Below, one piece after another: positions 48,929 to 59,102 of a stretch of DNA of 64,000 bases (position 1 is the stretch's first letter; each line of letters starts with the position of its first letter). Source of the DNA: a bacterium. Its GTDB lineage: Bacteria > CLD3 > SB21. The notes beneath the pieces were generated by a model. It saw only the letters and a list, made by a program, of their open reading frames with translations, made no database searches and was not told the origin of the DNA. The translations under genes were made by a program, and so were the position numbers. Location: the NCBI GenBank assembly GCA_013360215.1, contig JABWCP010000002.1, positions 177,816 through 241,815 of the forward strand, given 5' to 3'.

Positions 48929-49306
48929 CTAATCCGTACAACCTTGCGCCGCTAATGACGAATCATCAATTGCTGTTCGTATGAATTTATACGATGTCAC
49001 ATCGTCAGTTAATGTCAATGTATCCTTTACAACTTCCCAGTTTATCGTAATGTAGCCATCGATAATAAAGTCATCACCATCAACGGTATATTGATAAAAC
49101 TGAATATCGAAACATGTATCGCCATCCGCTTTGACGGCATCAACATACACTACTTTATCAAAGTCTAAATAATTAACATAACCGTCAAATTCTCCGTACC
49201 ACTCCGTACCATTAAGTGGAAAATTAGGTTTGTCGTCGCAACCGGAGAAAATCAATATCGTACATGTACTAACAACCCAAAAAGACAAAAAATTATTAAC
49301 TTTCAT
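48929..49306 (-). CDS. Hypothetical lipoprotein (lipocalin-like beta-rich)
   Basis: Lipobox IFSGC, L.GTEW, YTVDGD and W.V..DTLTL. The fold is inferred. Confidence 0.65.
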   Translation of the reverse strand: MKVNNFLSFWVVSTCTILIFSGCDDKPNFPLNGTEWYGEFDGYVNYLDFDKVVYVDAVKADGDTCFDIQFYQYTVDGDDFIIDGYITINWEVVKDTLTLTDDVTSYKFIRTAIDDSSLAAQGCTD

Positions 49307-49333
49307 ATCGTCCCCTTTTTTTGGCAAAGCTCT

Positions 49334-50377
49334 TTATTTTATTTTTATAGAATCTGCGTTTCCTGCATTATACTGAATTAAATATTCCAACGGCCACCAA
49401 GTGATAATACCGGTGCCGCCGCCTGTAACAACGGCTTTACCATCCGGAGAGGCTGCCATAGACCATATTCCACGCTCTTGCGCTTTACGAATATCTTTTA
49501 GTCTTTCCAATCCCTTGGTTCTCCACAATGTCAGATCCCCATCCCCGTCACCGGTCACAAAATAGTTTCCGCCCTCAAGCCAACACATTTTTTTTATTTC
49601 ACCATCATAAACTACCGTTTGTTCGTGCGCGTCGTTTGCTCGATTCCAAACTGAAATAGCGTCCACACTGCCTGTGAGAATCCGATTCCCTTCCGGAAAA
49701 AGTAACATCGCATTGATAGGATCACCTTCAGCGTAGGTACGAACATCATGCCCCGCTTTCATATCCCAAATTAAAATTTTTTTATCCCAGCTTACCGATA
49801 CAAATACATTGGGGTCCGATGTAAAGACTATATCTGTAACCGCATCATAATGCCCGTACGGTGACGGAACTTCGATGGGGTGGCCTGAAAAAAATTTAGT
49901 TTGTTTTCCTGTTTCCGCATCCAAAAAAAGGATATTAAAAAAATTACCGACAATTAATTCTCTACCATCCGGTGAATATTTGGCAAGCTGAATATCATTA
50001 GTTTGTTTGTCAATAAACCACTGACGATGACGGTCCGCGAAGGAATACATTCCGATGCTTCCGGTGGATTGCGTATTGTCACTTGTTGTAATAAAAAATC
50101 GGTTCCCATCCGGCGAAAACCCGTTTACTAAAACGGCATCCGGCATCATATCCGATACCCATATTACATTTCCGGTTGCAAATTCTATAATTTTTGTATG
50201 CTTATTTTCTCCCCCACAAATCAGAAACTTGCCATCCGGTGAGAATTGTACGGAATTGACGATTTTACCGTCGCCGATAGAAAATGTTTTGGGTTGTTCT
50301 GTCGGTTTAGGATTACTTCCAGAGCCACTACAAGCTATCAGCGTTGAAAAGAGAATGGGAATAAACAGGCTTCGCAT
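49334..50377 (-). CDS. WD40-repeat lipoprotein
   Basis: Lipobox TLIAC; repeated FSPDG, SVSWDKKILIWD and ASPDGK...GG....ITWW. ATG 50377. Confidence 0.88.
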   Translation of the reverse strand: MRSLFIPILFSTLIACSGSGSNPKPTEQPKTFSIGDGKIVNSVQFSPDGKFLICGGENKHTKIIEFATGNVIWVSDMMPDAVLVNGFSPDGNRFFITTSDNTQSTGSIGMYSFADRHRQWFIDKQTNDIQLAKYSPDGRELIVGNFFNILFLDAETGKQTKFFSGHPIEVPSPYGHYDAVTDIVFTSDPNVFVSVSWDKKILIWDMKAGHDVRTYAEGDPINAMLLFPEGNRILTGSVDAISVWNRANDAHEQTVVYDGEIKKMCWLEGGNYFVTGDGDGDLTLWRTKGLERLKDIRKAQERGIWSMAASPDGKAVVTGGGTGIITWWPLEYLIQYNAGNADSIKIK

Positions 50378-50529
50378 ATATTTTTTTCCACAATGGTTTA
50401 CGATTTTGTCGTGGTAATTGTCTAAAAAGGGCACTAAATTAGCCCGTTCAAACTTGAGAATCAAGCGTAGAATCTCAATTACTCACGTTCTATTTTTTGA
50501 ATACCACGCTATCATTTTAAAGGTTAAAT

Positions 50530-51474
50530 ATGGCCGTTAAACGACCGACAAAGACAAAAAAAACAAAACGTGCTTCCCCTAAAAACAACTCACGCTCTAA
50601 AAAACAACCGCTGATTAGAACAACAGTTAGTCGTAACGTCAAAAAGACTTTTCCCGTCAGTATTAATGTGCCGCAGATCGAAAACCTTTTGTCCGAGCTT
50701 GAATACGGCGAAGAACTGGCTGAGTATTATGATCTGATTTATTCAGAAAAGGTAATCCACCAAATTCAATCTCCTTTTTTTCAAATGTTGATCAAAAAAT
50801 ACGGTATTCGGTCGGCTTGCGATTTATCTTGCCGTTCCGGTCAAACGCTTGCGGCATTATCCAAACTGGGCATCAAAAATCTAGCCGGTGTTGACGTAAG
50901 CTCCAAAATGCTTGATCTTGCGCGTAAGCGTTGCCCCTCTAAAACCCAGTTTTATCAAAGTGAGTTATTTCTCGCTCCGCACACCATCGGCGATGATACC
51001 AAGTTTGATCTTGTTTTATGTTCGCGCGACGCATTGCCTTTGGTTCTGGATGACGAAAGCCTTCTAGGGTTTATGGCGCAGGCGCGCAATCTGCTTTCAC
51101 CCAACGGTATTCTTGTCGTAGAAACATGGAACTATGATAAAATCTGGCGCCGAAAAGAACGCTTCATGCCTGTGATGGATCGGTGCAGCAATAAACAATC
51201 TCTGCTGTTTTTTATCGAAAACGATTTTCACGGCGAATTATTGGTACATAATGTAGTCAAACTCGAAAAAAATAAATTTGAATGGTTCTTACGAACCATT
51301 TCAACACCCATTCGCCCGCTCACGCGCAACGAAATGGAGTTCTTCGTAAAAGAAGCAGGGTTTGAAAAATATGGTTTTTTGGGTAACTACGCAGGCTCAC
51401 CATTTAATACAGCAGAGAGCGCGTACTGTATCATGCTTGCAATGAATAATACAAACACCATAACGGTTTCATAA
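50530..51474 (+). CDS. Class I SAM-dependent methyltransferase-fold protein with a basic N-terminal tail
   Basis: YYDL, DLSCRSG (degenerate motif I), GVDVSSKML..AR, FDLVLC and L.P.GILVVE. Resembles glycine/sarcosine N-methyltransferases. Confidence 0.75.
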   Translation: MAVKRPTKTKKTKRASPKNNSRSKKQPLIRTTVSRNVKKTFPVSINVPQIENLLSELEYGEELAEYYDLIYSEKVIHQIQSPFFQMLIKKYGIRSACDLSCRSGQTLAALSKLGIKNLAGVDVSSKMLDLARKRCPSKTQFYQSELFLAPHTIGDDTKFDLVLCSRDALPLVLDDESLLGFMAQARNLLSPNGILVVETWNYDKIWRRKERFMPVMDRCSNKQSLLFFIENDFHGELLVHNVVKLEKNKFEWFLRTISTPIRPLTRNEMEFFVKEAGFEKYGFLGNYAGSPFNTAESAYCIMLAMNNTNTITVS

Positions 51475-51768
51475 TCGTTTTTCGAATTTATTAATAACTC
51501 TTGCGTGGGACTATATATTAAGTTATACTGCCCCACTACGATCTATGATCATGAGTTTCTTTTCCGCCTTCAATTCCGCTACCGGATTTGTGATCGCTTC
51601 AAAAGTGGCTCAAAGTTCGGGTCTCGGCCTCTTACTTCCGCATCATAATCGAATTTAATTTTTAACGGGATATTCGTGCGTCCGAGTTTTTCACGCCGTA
51701 TATTTCGTTGGTATTTTTTATCGCTTTAGGATCTCGTCCGTAAAGCACTTTTTAAGAAAGAATGATGT

Positions 51769-53091
51769 ATGGCTTTCAAGCAACTTCATGTCATCGAACC
51801 TATTTTACAAGCACTCAAATCGGAGGGTTATACCAAACCAACCCCTATTCAGGAACAAGCTATTCCTCTGATTTTGAACCACAAAGATTTGCTCGGCTGT
51901 GCACAAACGGGTACAGGAAAAACAGCGGCATTCGCGATTCCGATATTGCAACTCCTGTTTCAGTCGTCATCGGTTCATATCCCGCGTAAAACCCACGCGC
52001 TTATTTTAACTCCGACGCGTGAACTGGCAATTCAAATCGGTGAAAGTTTTACGGCGTATGGTCGTCATACGGGATTGCGACATGCCGTGATTTTTGGCGG
52101 TGTATCGCAACATGCTCAAACTCAGGCATTGAAAGCCGGCGTCGATATCCTTATCGCCACCCCGGGTCGATTACTGGATCTGATGCAGCAAGGGTTCGTT
52201 CACCTTCAACAACTTAAGATTTTTGTATTAGATGAAGCGGACCGTATGTTGGACATGGGCTTTATACATGATGTGAAAAAGATTGTCGGTAAGTTACCCT
52301 CCAAACGTCAAACGCTCCTTTTTTCAGCCACGATGCCTGCTGAAATCCAAAAGTTAGCACATTCAATTTTATCGCATCCCGAACAAGTCTCCGTCACGCC
52401 GGTATCATCCACGGCTGAAAAAATCGAACAAACAGTTTATTTTGTCAATAAGCCCGATAAAAAAAACTTACTTATTCATGTTTTGCGAAACCCTGAAATT
52501 ATTTCAGCCCTGATTTTTACACGAACCAAACACGGAGCTGATAAAGTAACGCGGGATTTGCTCAAAGCCGGTGTTACTGCGGAAGCCATTCACGGCAATA
52601 AATCCCAAAACGCCCGTCAACGTGCTTTAGGAAATTTTAAAAATGCTAAAACCCGCGTTCTGGTAGCTACAGATATCGCTGCGCGCGGCATTGATGTGGA
52701 TAATTTATCCCATGTGATAAATTATGAAATCCCTAATATACCTGAAACCTATGTTCACCGAATCGGTCGCACGGGACGAGCCGGTATGAGTGGTACAGCT
52801 ATTTCTTTTTGTGATCCGGAGGAACGCGCCTATTTGAAAGATATACAGAAATTAATCGGGAAAACTATCCCGGTTATGGATATGCCGGCCGCTGTGACTC
52901 CCGCAAAAGCCGCGGCTAACACCTTACATGATCATGGTACAAAACCGCATCAGGCTAAACAACACGGGCGCCCACAACAAAAAACGGGTTCATCGGATCG
53001 GAGAACTAAACAAAAAACGCAACACCAAACCGGTAAACCCAAAGATCATCGCAGTTGGTTTAAGAATACTTTTAAAAAGAGAGAAGATTAG
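51769..53091 (+). CDS. rhlE: DEAD-box RNA helicase, RhlE family
   Basis: [36 protein letters not shown] and [10 protein letters not shown], with a basic tail. Confidence 0.95.
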   Translation: MAFKQLHVIEPILQALKSEGYTKPTPIQEQAIPLILNHKDLLGCAQTGTGKTAAFAIPILQLLFQSSSVHIPRKTHALILTPTRELAIQIGESFTAYGRHTGLRHAVIFGGVSQHAQTQALKAGVDILIATPGRLLDLMQQGFVHLQQLKIFVLDEADRMLDMGFIHDVKKIVGKLPSKRQTLLFSATMPAEIQKLAHSILSHPEQVSVTPVSSTAEKIEQTVYFVNKPDKKNLLIHVLRNPEIISALIFTRTKHGADKVTRDLLKAGVTAEAIHGNKSQNARQRALGNFKNAKTRVLVATDIAARGIDVDNLSHVINYEIPNIPETYVHRIGRTGRAGMSGTAISFCDPEERAYLKDIQKLIGKTIPVMDMPAAVTPAKAAANTLHDHGTKPHQAKQHGRPQQKTGSSDRRTKQKTQHQTGKPKDHRSWFKNTFKKRED

Positions 53092-53098
53092 ATAAAAT

Positions 53099-53129
53099 AA
53101 AAACTCCCTTCAAAATGAAGGGAGTTTTT
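53099..53129. terminator. Bidirectional terminator (rhlE and tRNA-Glu)
   Basis: AAAAACTCCCTTCA-aaa-TGAAGGGAGTTTTT. Confidence 0.88.
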
Positions 53130-53132
53130 GTG

Positions 53133-53204
53133 TAGCGCGTACGGGAATCGAACCCGTATTACAGCCTTGAGAGGGCTACGTCCTAACCGTTAGACGAACG
53201 CGCC
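53133..53204 (-). tRNA. tRNA-Glu(CTC), CCA not encoded
   Basis: GGCGCGT/ACGCGCT acceptor stem, anticodon arm TAGCC-CTCTCAA-GGCTG and GGTTCGATTCC T-arm. Confidence 0.95.
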
Positions 53205-53215
53205 ATGAACTGCGG

Positions 53216-53245
53216 AATATATACACCCGATCCCGCGTTTGTCAA
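53216..53245 (-). promoter_or_regulatory. sigma70-type promoter for tRNA-Glu (TTGACA-N18-TATATT)
   Basis: Lies directly upstream of the tRNA 5' end. Confidence 0.6.
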
Positions 53246-53297
53246 GCAGGTTTATCATTTATGCGTAATTATTTTTAATAAAAAATAGATTAAAATT

Positions 53298-53639
53298 ATG
53301 ACAGAGATTCAATCACCGGAAATGTTAGATGCTTTGCTAGAGAAATCGTTGAATACTACGGTGCTTCTCTTCAAACACAGCAACAGTTGCGGGACTAGTG
53401 CGTACGCGTTGGAACAAGTTGAAATTTTTTTGTCGGAATATCCGGGATGGAATGATCGTTGCGGCATGATTGTCGTTCAGACGCATCGTACGATTTCTAA
53501 CCGCGTTGCCGATTTATTTGCTATCACCCATCAAAGCCCGCAGATTTTTGTCATTCAAAACAAAGAAGTCCTATGGCATAAATCGCATCACAGCATCACC
53601 AGCGACGCGATTAAAAAAATCGTTCTCTCGCTATTCTAA
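53298..53639 (+). CDS. ytxJ: YtxJ-like monothiol thioredoxin-fold protein (bacillithiol system, DUF2847)
   Basis: LFKHS.SC..S, I.V...R.ISN.VA..F.I.HQSPQ and WH.SH..I. Confidence 0.88.
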   Translation: MTEIQSPEMLDALLEKSLNTTVLLFKHSNSCGTSAYALEQVEIFLSEYPGWNDRCGMIVVQTHRTISNRVADLFAITHQSPQIFVIQNKEVLWHKSHHSITSDAIKKIVLSLF

Positions 53640-53670
53640 CACACGTGGAAATAAGAGTTGCCGTATCCGT

Positions 53671-54696
53671 TCATAGGTTAACTTCATAACCCAAAACGAT
53701 GGTTTTGTAGCGGAAAGGTTCTACTTTTTGGGTAAATTCCGTTTGCGAATAAGCGGCTCGTATGAATAGTCGTTGATTGGCGGCTGTTTCATATGAAAGT
53801 TTGATGTGCGCGCGATTATCCTGAACAGAATTGGTATATAACAAATTTCTAGTGATTTTATTCTCTCGGGGTATATCACGTCTAACGTAATCGGCTAAAA
53901 AATATAAACCCCAACGTTCATTGATATGTTTGCCAATAACAATATGGGCTTCCTGCTCTAATGAATAATTGAGGGTATATTTGGATACACGCCATGATGC
54001 GATATAGCGCCCATTAATAATCCATGTACCCGAGTAGTCCAGCCCTGTTTCCATACCATTGCGCCAACCATTGTTTTTACTCGGATAAGTCAATGGATCC
54101 GTCGTGGAAGCAAAAAAACGTTCCGTAAGGAAACCGGTGAAAACTTTCAAATATTCTGCGCTGGACCATACTAATCCAATAACGCCGGCGCGGGACGCAA
54201 AGCGATTTTCATGTTCCACTTTGGAGATATTACGTTCAAATCGCAATTCTGCAAACGCGCCCATCCTTTGTCCGAAATAATATTCGCCACGGGATTGAAG
54301 ATTATACAAAGTCGCACGCACATCCGGTCCTGAAAGTCCATACTGTTGAGTGCGCCAATTAGTATTTAACGACCACACCCATGCGCCGCTCGCATAAACG
54401 TATTCTGTGCTGGCATGCGAAGTCCATGCATGACGTTCGTATGACGTATTATAATCTTCGTAACGTCCACGTCCTTGAAACGTAAGCTGATGTTCTCCGA
54501 ATACGAATTGATAGCGCCCAGAACCCGCTGCCGCCATTAAAAATTGTCGGCTGGTTGACGTTCGATTTGATATAACAGGACCGGTCTCGCCGCCAATACG
54601 CCAATCAAAAGTACCGGCGTATAGTGTCGTTTGAAAACATACAAAATAGATGCCTATGAAGTTTATTCGGGCCAACAGAAGTGTTTTGGCTTTCAT
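53671..54696 (-). CDS. Hypothetical outer-membrane beta-barrel-like protein
   Basis: Signal peptide, alternating aromatic/hydrophobic strands and C-terminal ...LGYEVNL. Confidence 0.6.
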   Translation of the reverse strand: MKAKTLLLARINFIGIYFVCFQTTLYAGTFDWRIGGETGPVISNRTSTSRQFLMAAAGSGRYQFVFGEHQLTFQGRGRYEDYNTSYERHAWTSHASTEYVYASGAWVWSLNTNWRTQQYGLSGPDVRATLYNLQSRGEYYFGQRMGAFAELRFERNISKVEHENRFASRAGVIGLVWSSAEYLKVFTGFLTERFFASTTDPLTYPSKNNGWRNGMETGLDYSGTWIINGRYIASWRVSKYTLNYSLEQEAHIVIGKHINERWGLYFLADYVRRDIPRENKITRNLLYTNSVQDNRAHIKLSYETAANQRLFIRAAYSQTEFTQKVEPFRYKTIVLGYEVNL

Positions 54697-55625
54697 GGGT
54701 TGAGTTTGTCCGTAAGCAAATCACGGTAAGCAACCAACTGTTTATCGGCTTCTTTGAGTAACTGAATATAATCCGATTCCGACATGAACTCGGACATGCT
54801 CAAAACTTTTTCATAATTACGGACAATATTCGAAGGATTTCCGATCTGACGCATTACTGAAATCACCGTTCTTGCTTGCACATTTTGCGGATTGATATCA
54901 ATTCCGTTATTCACACCGTCGTTTTTTATAAGCGAAGTACCATTACGAGAAAAACCCGTCCAAGTTCCCGCATCATACGCATCTTGTATAAAATCCGTCG
55001 TACGTTTTCTCAGAGACACCAGGGATTCATATACTTTTCGTTGCGTACGAATCTGATCTACATATTTATCCACTTCGATAATAGCCGCTTGCAGGTATTC
55101 TTTGCGAACTTCTTTTTCAAAAGGATCCGTAATCTTGTACAAATCTATTTTTAATAATGTTACCGGATCATACGATAGATTGTTCATCGGAGGCGTAATG
55201 AGTAGTTTTTTTTCCGTCCAATATCGTAATTGTTTTTCGATAGAAGAAGTGCTTTGGCGTTTTTGTTGAATGCGGAGCGAATCAATGATATAGTCGTATT
55301 CGCTGTTGAGTTGAATACGTAACGTTTCGATTCGTTTATGATAATCCTCCATCCGTCGTTGATTGGCTTTAATTTGTTCTGACAAGGTTAACCCTTTAGC
55401 AAGCGATCGAGCTATACGCTCTTTATTGGGTTGATTGGACTTTTTTTGTTGGATAATTTCATCTGCGTTTTCTTTCATGCGCTGATTGAGACTGTCTGCA
55501 GCATGAGCCGATGCACGCCATGCAAAAATAGTTTGCCCGTAAAACAACTCTTTTTCTTCCATGTTTTGTGCATGGAGGGGACCTATGCCGATCACCCCAA
55601 TCGTAATAAAAATAAACCAATTCAT
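54693..55625 (-). CDS. Hypothetical periplasmic coiled-coil protein
   Basis: Signal peptide (..GPLHA/Q) and long Q/E/K/R-rich heptad stretches. Coupled to the response regulator gene. Confidence 0.65.
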   Translation of the reverse strand: MNWFIFITIGVIGIGPLHAQNMEEKELFYGQTIFAWRASAHAADSLNQRMKENADEIIQQKKSNQPNKERIARSLAKGLTLSEQIKANQRRMEDYHKRIETLRIQLNSEYDYIIDSLRIQQKRQSTSSIEKQLRYWTEKKLLITPPMNNLSYDPVTLLKIDLYKITDPFEKEVRKEYLQAAIIEVDKYVDQIRTQRKVYESLVSLRKRTTDFIQDAYDAGTWTGFSRNGTSLIKNDGVNNGIDINPQNVQARTVISVMRQIGNPSNIVRNYEKVLSMSEFMSESDYIQLLKEADKQLVAYRDLLTDKLNP

Positions 55626-56998
55626 AAGAGTTGGAACTTTTCCATTTTATAATAAAGGCTGCTCGTAGGAATGCCTAATAATTTTGCAGCCTGATTTTTG
55701 ATATTATTACTTTTTTTCAAGGCAGCCATAATTATACCTTTTTCGAACGCTTCTAATGCCTGTTCCAACGGTAGATTCTCAAAACCCGACATGAGCGATT
55801 TAGAAGGGCCTGTGATATGTTGATTAATCATGGCATCATCTATTATTTCGTTTTCAGATATGACACACAAGCGTTCAATCAGATTCTGCAATTCGCGAAT
55901 ATTTCCGGGCCAAGTATGCTTTTTCAAAGTTTCCATCGCTTCGTCCGATATCTGTTTTGAACTTTGACCGCGGGTTCCGGCGTATTGATTGAGAAAATGA
56001 TGCACGAGCAGTGGTATATCTTCCTGCCGTTCACGTAGCGGCGGCAACGAAATGGGAATGACCCGTAATCTATAAAAAAGATCTTCACGAAATTTTTCTT
56101 CTTGCACCATTTTAGACAGCGAGCGATGAGTAGCTGCAATAATACGTACATTTACGGCAATCGTATCTTCGCCGCCAACACGTTCAAATTCTCTTTCCTG
56201 CATAACTCGAAGTAAACGTACCTGCATGGCCTGCGAAATGTCTCCGATTTCGTCAAGAAACAGGGTTCCCCCGTCAGCTAATTCAAAACGACCTTTTTTT
56301 CGTTTGATAGCTCCGGTAAAGGCGCCTTTTTCATGCCCAAAAAGCTCGCTTTCAAGAAGATTCTCGGATAACGCTCCGCAATTCACTTTGACAAACGGTT
56401 TATCGTGACGATTACTTTTTTGATGTATAGCGCGCGCTACAAGCTCTTTACCGGTTCCGCTTTCGCCTTCGATAAGTATCGTGCTGTCTTCTAATGCCAC
56501 ACGGTCAATCAAATTGAATATTTTTTTTATACCTTGTGATGTTCCTATCATCGCGCCGTAGGAGCGCAACAGTTCGCCCTGTAATAATTCGTTTTCTTCT
56601 TTGAGACGTGTTAAAATAATTTCCTGTCGTATTTTTTCAACAAGCCTGCCGACGCGAAAACGTAATTCTTCCGGTGAAAACGGTTTTGTGAGAAAATCGG
56701 CAGCGCCTTTTCGCATGGCATGTACAGCCGTATCGACCGTACCAAAGGCTGAAACAACCATAACGGCAGTTTGCGGTTGAATCGTTTTTACCTGTTCTAA
56801 GACGTCCATGCCCGACATGCCATCCATTTTCAAATCCGTGATGACCAAAGGTAACGGCTTTTGTTTAAAAAATTTTAACGCACTCTCCCCATCGGAAAAG
56901 GCATGGACTTCAAACCCTTCGCGGCGTAAACTTTCAACCAATCCCATGCGCATGGAAGCGTTATCTTCAACTATCATTATTTTCATGGATTCCATCAT
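55622..56998 (-). CDS. sigma54-dependent response regulator (NtrC/AtoC/ZraR family)
   Basis: Receiver domain (IVEDN, TDLKMDG, KPF), GESGTGKE, GHEKGAFTGA, LFLDEIG, WPGNIRELQN and Fis-type HTH. Confidence 0.96.
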   Translation of the reverse strand: MMESMKIMIVEDNASMRMGLVESLRREGFEVHAFSDGESALKFFKQKPLPLVITDLKMDGMSGMDVLEQVKTIQPQTAVMVVSAFGTVDTAVHAMRKGAADFLTKPFSPEELRFRVGRLVEKIRQEIILTRLKEENELLQGELLRSYGAMIGTSQGIKKIFNLIDRVALEDSTILIEGESGTGKELVARAIHQKSNRHDKPFVKVNCGALSENLLESELFGHEKGAFTGAIKRKKGRFELADGGTLFLDEIGDISQAMQVRLLRVMQEREFERVGGEDTIAVNVRIIAATHRSLSKMVQEEKFREDLFYRLRVIPISLPPLRERQEDIPLLVHHFLNQYAGTRGQSSKQISDEAMETLKKHTWPGNIRELQNLIERLCVISENEIIDDAMINQHITGPSKSLMSGFENLPLEQALEAFEKGIIMAALKKSNNIKNQAAKLLGIPTSSLYYKMEKFQLL

Positions 56999-57001
56999 AC
57001 G

Positions 57002-58402
57002 TCAAATCGTTTGTTTAAGTCGCATAGTCACGGAGCAACCCGCTTCAAGACGGCTTTCGATATGTATCGTGGCGCCGTTGACGGCACAAAGCTTCTTACA
57101 TATCGCAAGTCCTAATCCGTTACCATGTCCGCTTCGCGTAAAAAAAGGTTCAAAAACCTGAGGTAGCCATTTTTGATCAATCCCCTTACCGTTATCACGA
57201 ATTGATAAATGAATATAAGAGTCGTGCATTTCGGATACCACTTCGATTTTTCCATACATTTCAAGCGCATCAATAGCATTTGAAAACAGATTGAGCATAA
57301 TCTGGCGAAAATGCTGAGGGTCAAAATAAATCTCAGGTACACTTAAGTTGTAATTAATTTTAATTTTTTTGTTTTTTATTTCGTTCAAAAGTAATTGCTC
57401 CACTTCGGCACACAACGACCTGATGTCTATAAGTTGGCCTATAGCTTGTGCCGGGCGGCCGAATTCTAAATATTGGTGAACAAGATTTTTAAGGCCTGAA
57501 ACTTCCTTTCTTATTTGCCGGATATACGCGCTTTGTTGCGACTCAGGCGGCATATCCTCGTAAACCAAGCCGGCCATCAGTTCAATACCCCCCAACGGAT
57601 TTCTTATTTCATGCGCGATTTGCGCCAACAGTTCCTCTTTTTCTTTGTGACGGCCTTGTATATCCGTGCGCATTTGCTCCATAGCTGTGGCCAACGAAGC
57701 CAATTCGCCTTTGACATGTTTAGGCGCTTCCGTATCCCATTCCCCGCGTCCCAACGAACGGCTGAACCGCACCATTTGATCGATCGGCTTAGTAATCGTT
57801 TTAGCCAGCCAAAAACTTCCAAACAAAGTAAATACTAAAGCCGTTCCGCTTATGAACCAAAACACAAAGGACAAGTTTTCAATGTACATCAATTGATCGG
57901 CCTTTGCACGTACACCGGCCCAATATTCATCATCGATTCTGCAAAACCCCCACATATACCATTCGTTGTCATTACCCAAAAAGGGTAAAGTCGTCGAAGT
58001 TTCGCCCGGAGTTAATCGTTCAATTTCAGATTGACTGAGCAGTAATGTAGGATCCGGATGGATATAGTCGGATTCATCATCACTCGTCATCACAATTCGC
58101 AATGTCGCATCAAAAATAAAAGCGCTTGCCAGTTCGTGCCCTTCTTTTTTCTTCTTTAGATATCGCTTGTAAAATTGTGTGGCTACAGAGTTTTCCGAAT
58201 GGGGTTGGACAAATTTTAAATTTCCCATATCCATATCCGTTGCGATCGCTTTGGCGGACATACGCACCTGACGGCTTAATTGATCCAGATAAACTTCTCT
58301 GACTGCTACGTAACTAAAACGCGAAAGCACGATGATGAGAATCATCGTGATTACGCTGAAAAGAACCCCGATCCGAGTACGCATCGTCCATCGGAATGTC
58401 AT
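57002..58402 (-). CDS. Membrane sensor histidine kinase (periplasmic sensor, HAMP, HisKA, HATPase)
   Basis: Two TM helices, AHEIRNPL, NLFSNAIDA, DNGKGI, FEPFFT and GNGLGLAI. Confidence 0.95.
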   Translation of the reverse strand: MTFRWTMRTRIGVLFSVITMILIIVLSRFSYVAVREVYLDQLSRQVRMSAKAIATDMDMGNLKFVQPHSENSVATQFYKRYLKKKKEGHELASAFIFDATLRIVMTSDDESDYIHPDPTLLLSQSEIERLTPGETSTTLPFLGNDNEWYMWGFCRIDDEYWAGVRAKADQLMYIENLSFVFWFISGTALVFTLFGSFWLAKTITKPIDQMVRFSRSLGRGEWDTEAPKHVKGELASLATAMEQMRTDIQGRHKEKEELLAQIAHEIRNPLGGIELMAGLVYEDMPPESQQSAYIRQIRKEVSGLKNLVHQYLEFGRPAQAIGQLIDIRSLCAEVEQLLLNEIKNKKIKINYNLSVPEIYFDPQHFRQIMLNLFSNAIDALEMYGKIEVVSEMHDSYIHLSIRDNGKGIDQKWLPQVFEPFFTRSGHGNGLGLAICKKLCAVNGATIHIESRLEAGCSVTMRLKQTI

Positions 58403-58471
58403 AAGCTTTTTTACTTAAAGTTGCTCCTTTTGCGTATTAATTGCAACAGCCGCACACTTGTTTTAAAAATA

Positions 58472-58524
58472 CACCCGCCCGGGTTATGAGGAGGGAGAGG
58501 GTTTATAAAATTCCCGGGCGAGTG
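58472..58524 (-). terminator. GC-rich hairpin with a 29-nt CU-rich loop after the lipoprotein cassette
   Basis: Minus strand: CACTCGCCCGGG-AATTTTATAAACCCTCTCCCTCCTCATAA-CCCGGGCGGGTG-TATTTTT. Confidence 0.6.
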
Positions 58525-58531
58525 CTCTTCA

Positions 58532-59032
58532 TTACCGCACCTGCAAAATTTGCAGGCCGTCTATATTTACTTGGCTAAAAGCTATACCACCGCAAAATAC
58601 TTCCAATTTCAAATTTTCACCGTCCCGCATTTCAAATTCTTCAGACTCATACAGTTTCCACTCACCGCTTTCGACGGACAAATCAATCCGACTTGGATTT
58701 TCTGAATCCGACGCCGTAAGCGAAAATAAAGCGTTGCTGGCACTATTTTCTTCCATACGTGCCCACATTCGTAAACGATAGAAACCCGAAGCGACAACCT
58801 GTTTTTCAAAAACTGCTGCAGGTTGAATACATCCGGCCCCCACGGCCATACTGTATTCGCCCGCACCAGGCGCCGCTTTATTGATACGTTGACTTTCGTT
58901 GACGTTTTTCCATGCTTTGAGGTCATTTTTTGATTCAAATGACGTTTCATAAAAGAGTCCTGAATCCTTTTCACTGCAAGATACGACTGCAATAAAAAGT
59001 ATTGAGAGGATACCTGCCCGCGTTATTTGCAT
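58532..59032 (-). CDS. Hypothetical lipoprotein (carbohydrate-binding-module-like beta-sandwich)
   Basis: Lipobox AVVSC, YETSFE..DLKAW, Y.L.MWAR and W.LY.S..F. SD AAGGAG. The fold is inferred. Confidence 0.7.
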   Translation of the reverse strand: MQITRAGILSILFIAVVSCSEKDSGLFYETSFESKNDLKAWKNVNESQRINKAAPGAGEYSMAVGAGCIQPAAVFEKQVVASGFYRLRMWARMEENSASNALFSLTASDSENPSRIDLSVESGEWKLYESEEFEMRDGENLKLEVFCGGIAFSQVNIDGLQILQVR

Positions 59033-59102
59033 GAAATCACTCTCCTTTCTAAATAATAATTTGAGATAACTGTACATACTTATAATAATTTAGATCACGA
59101 TA

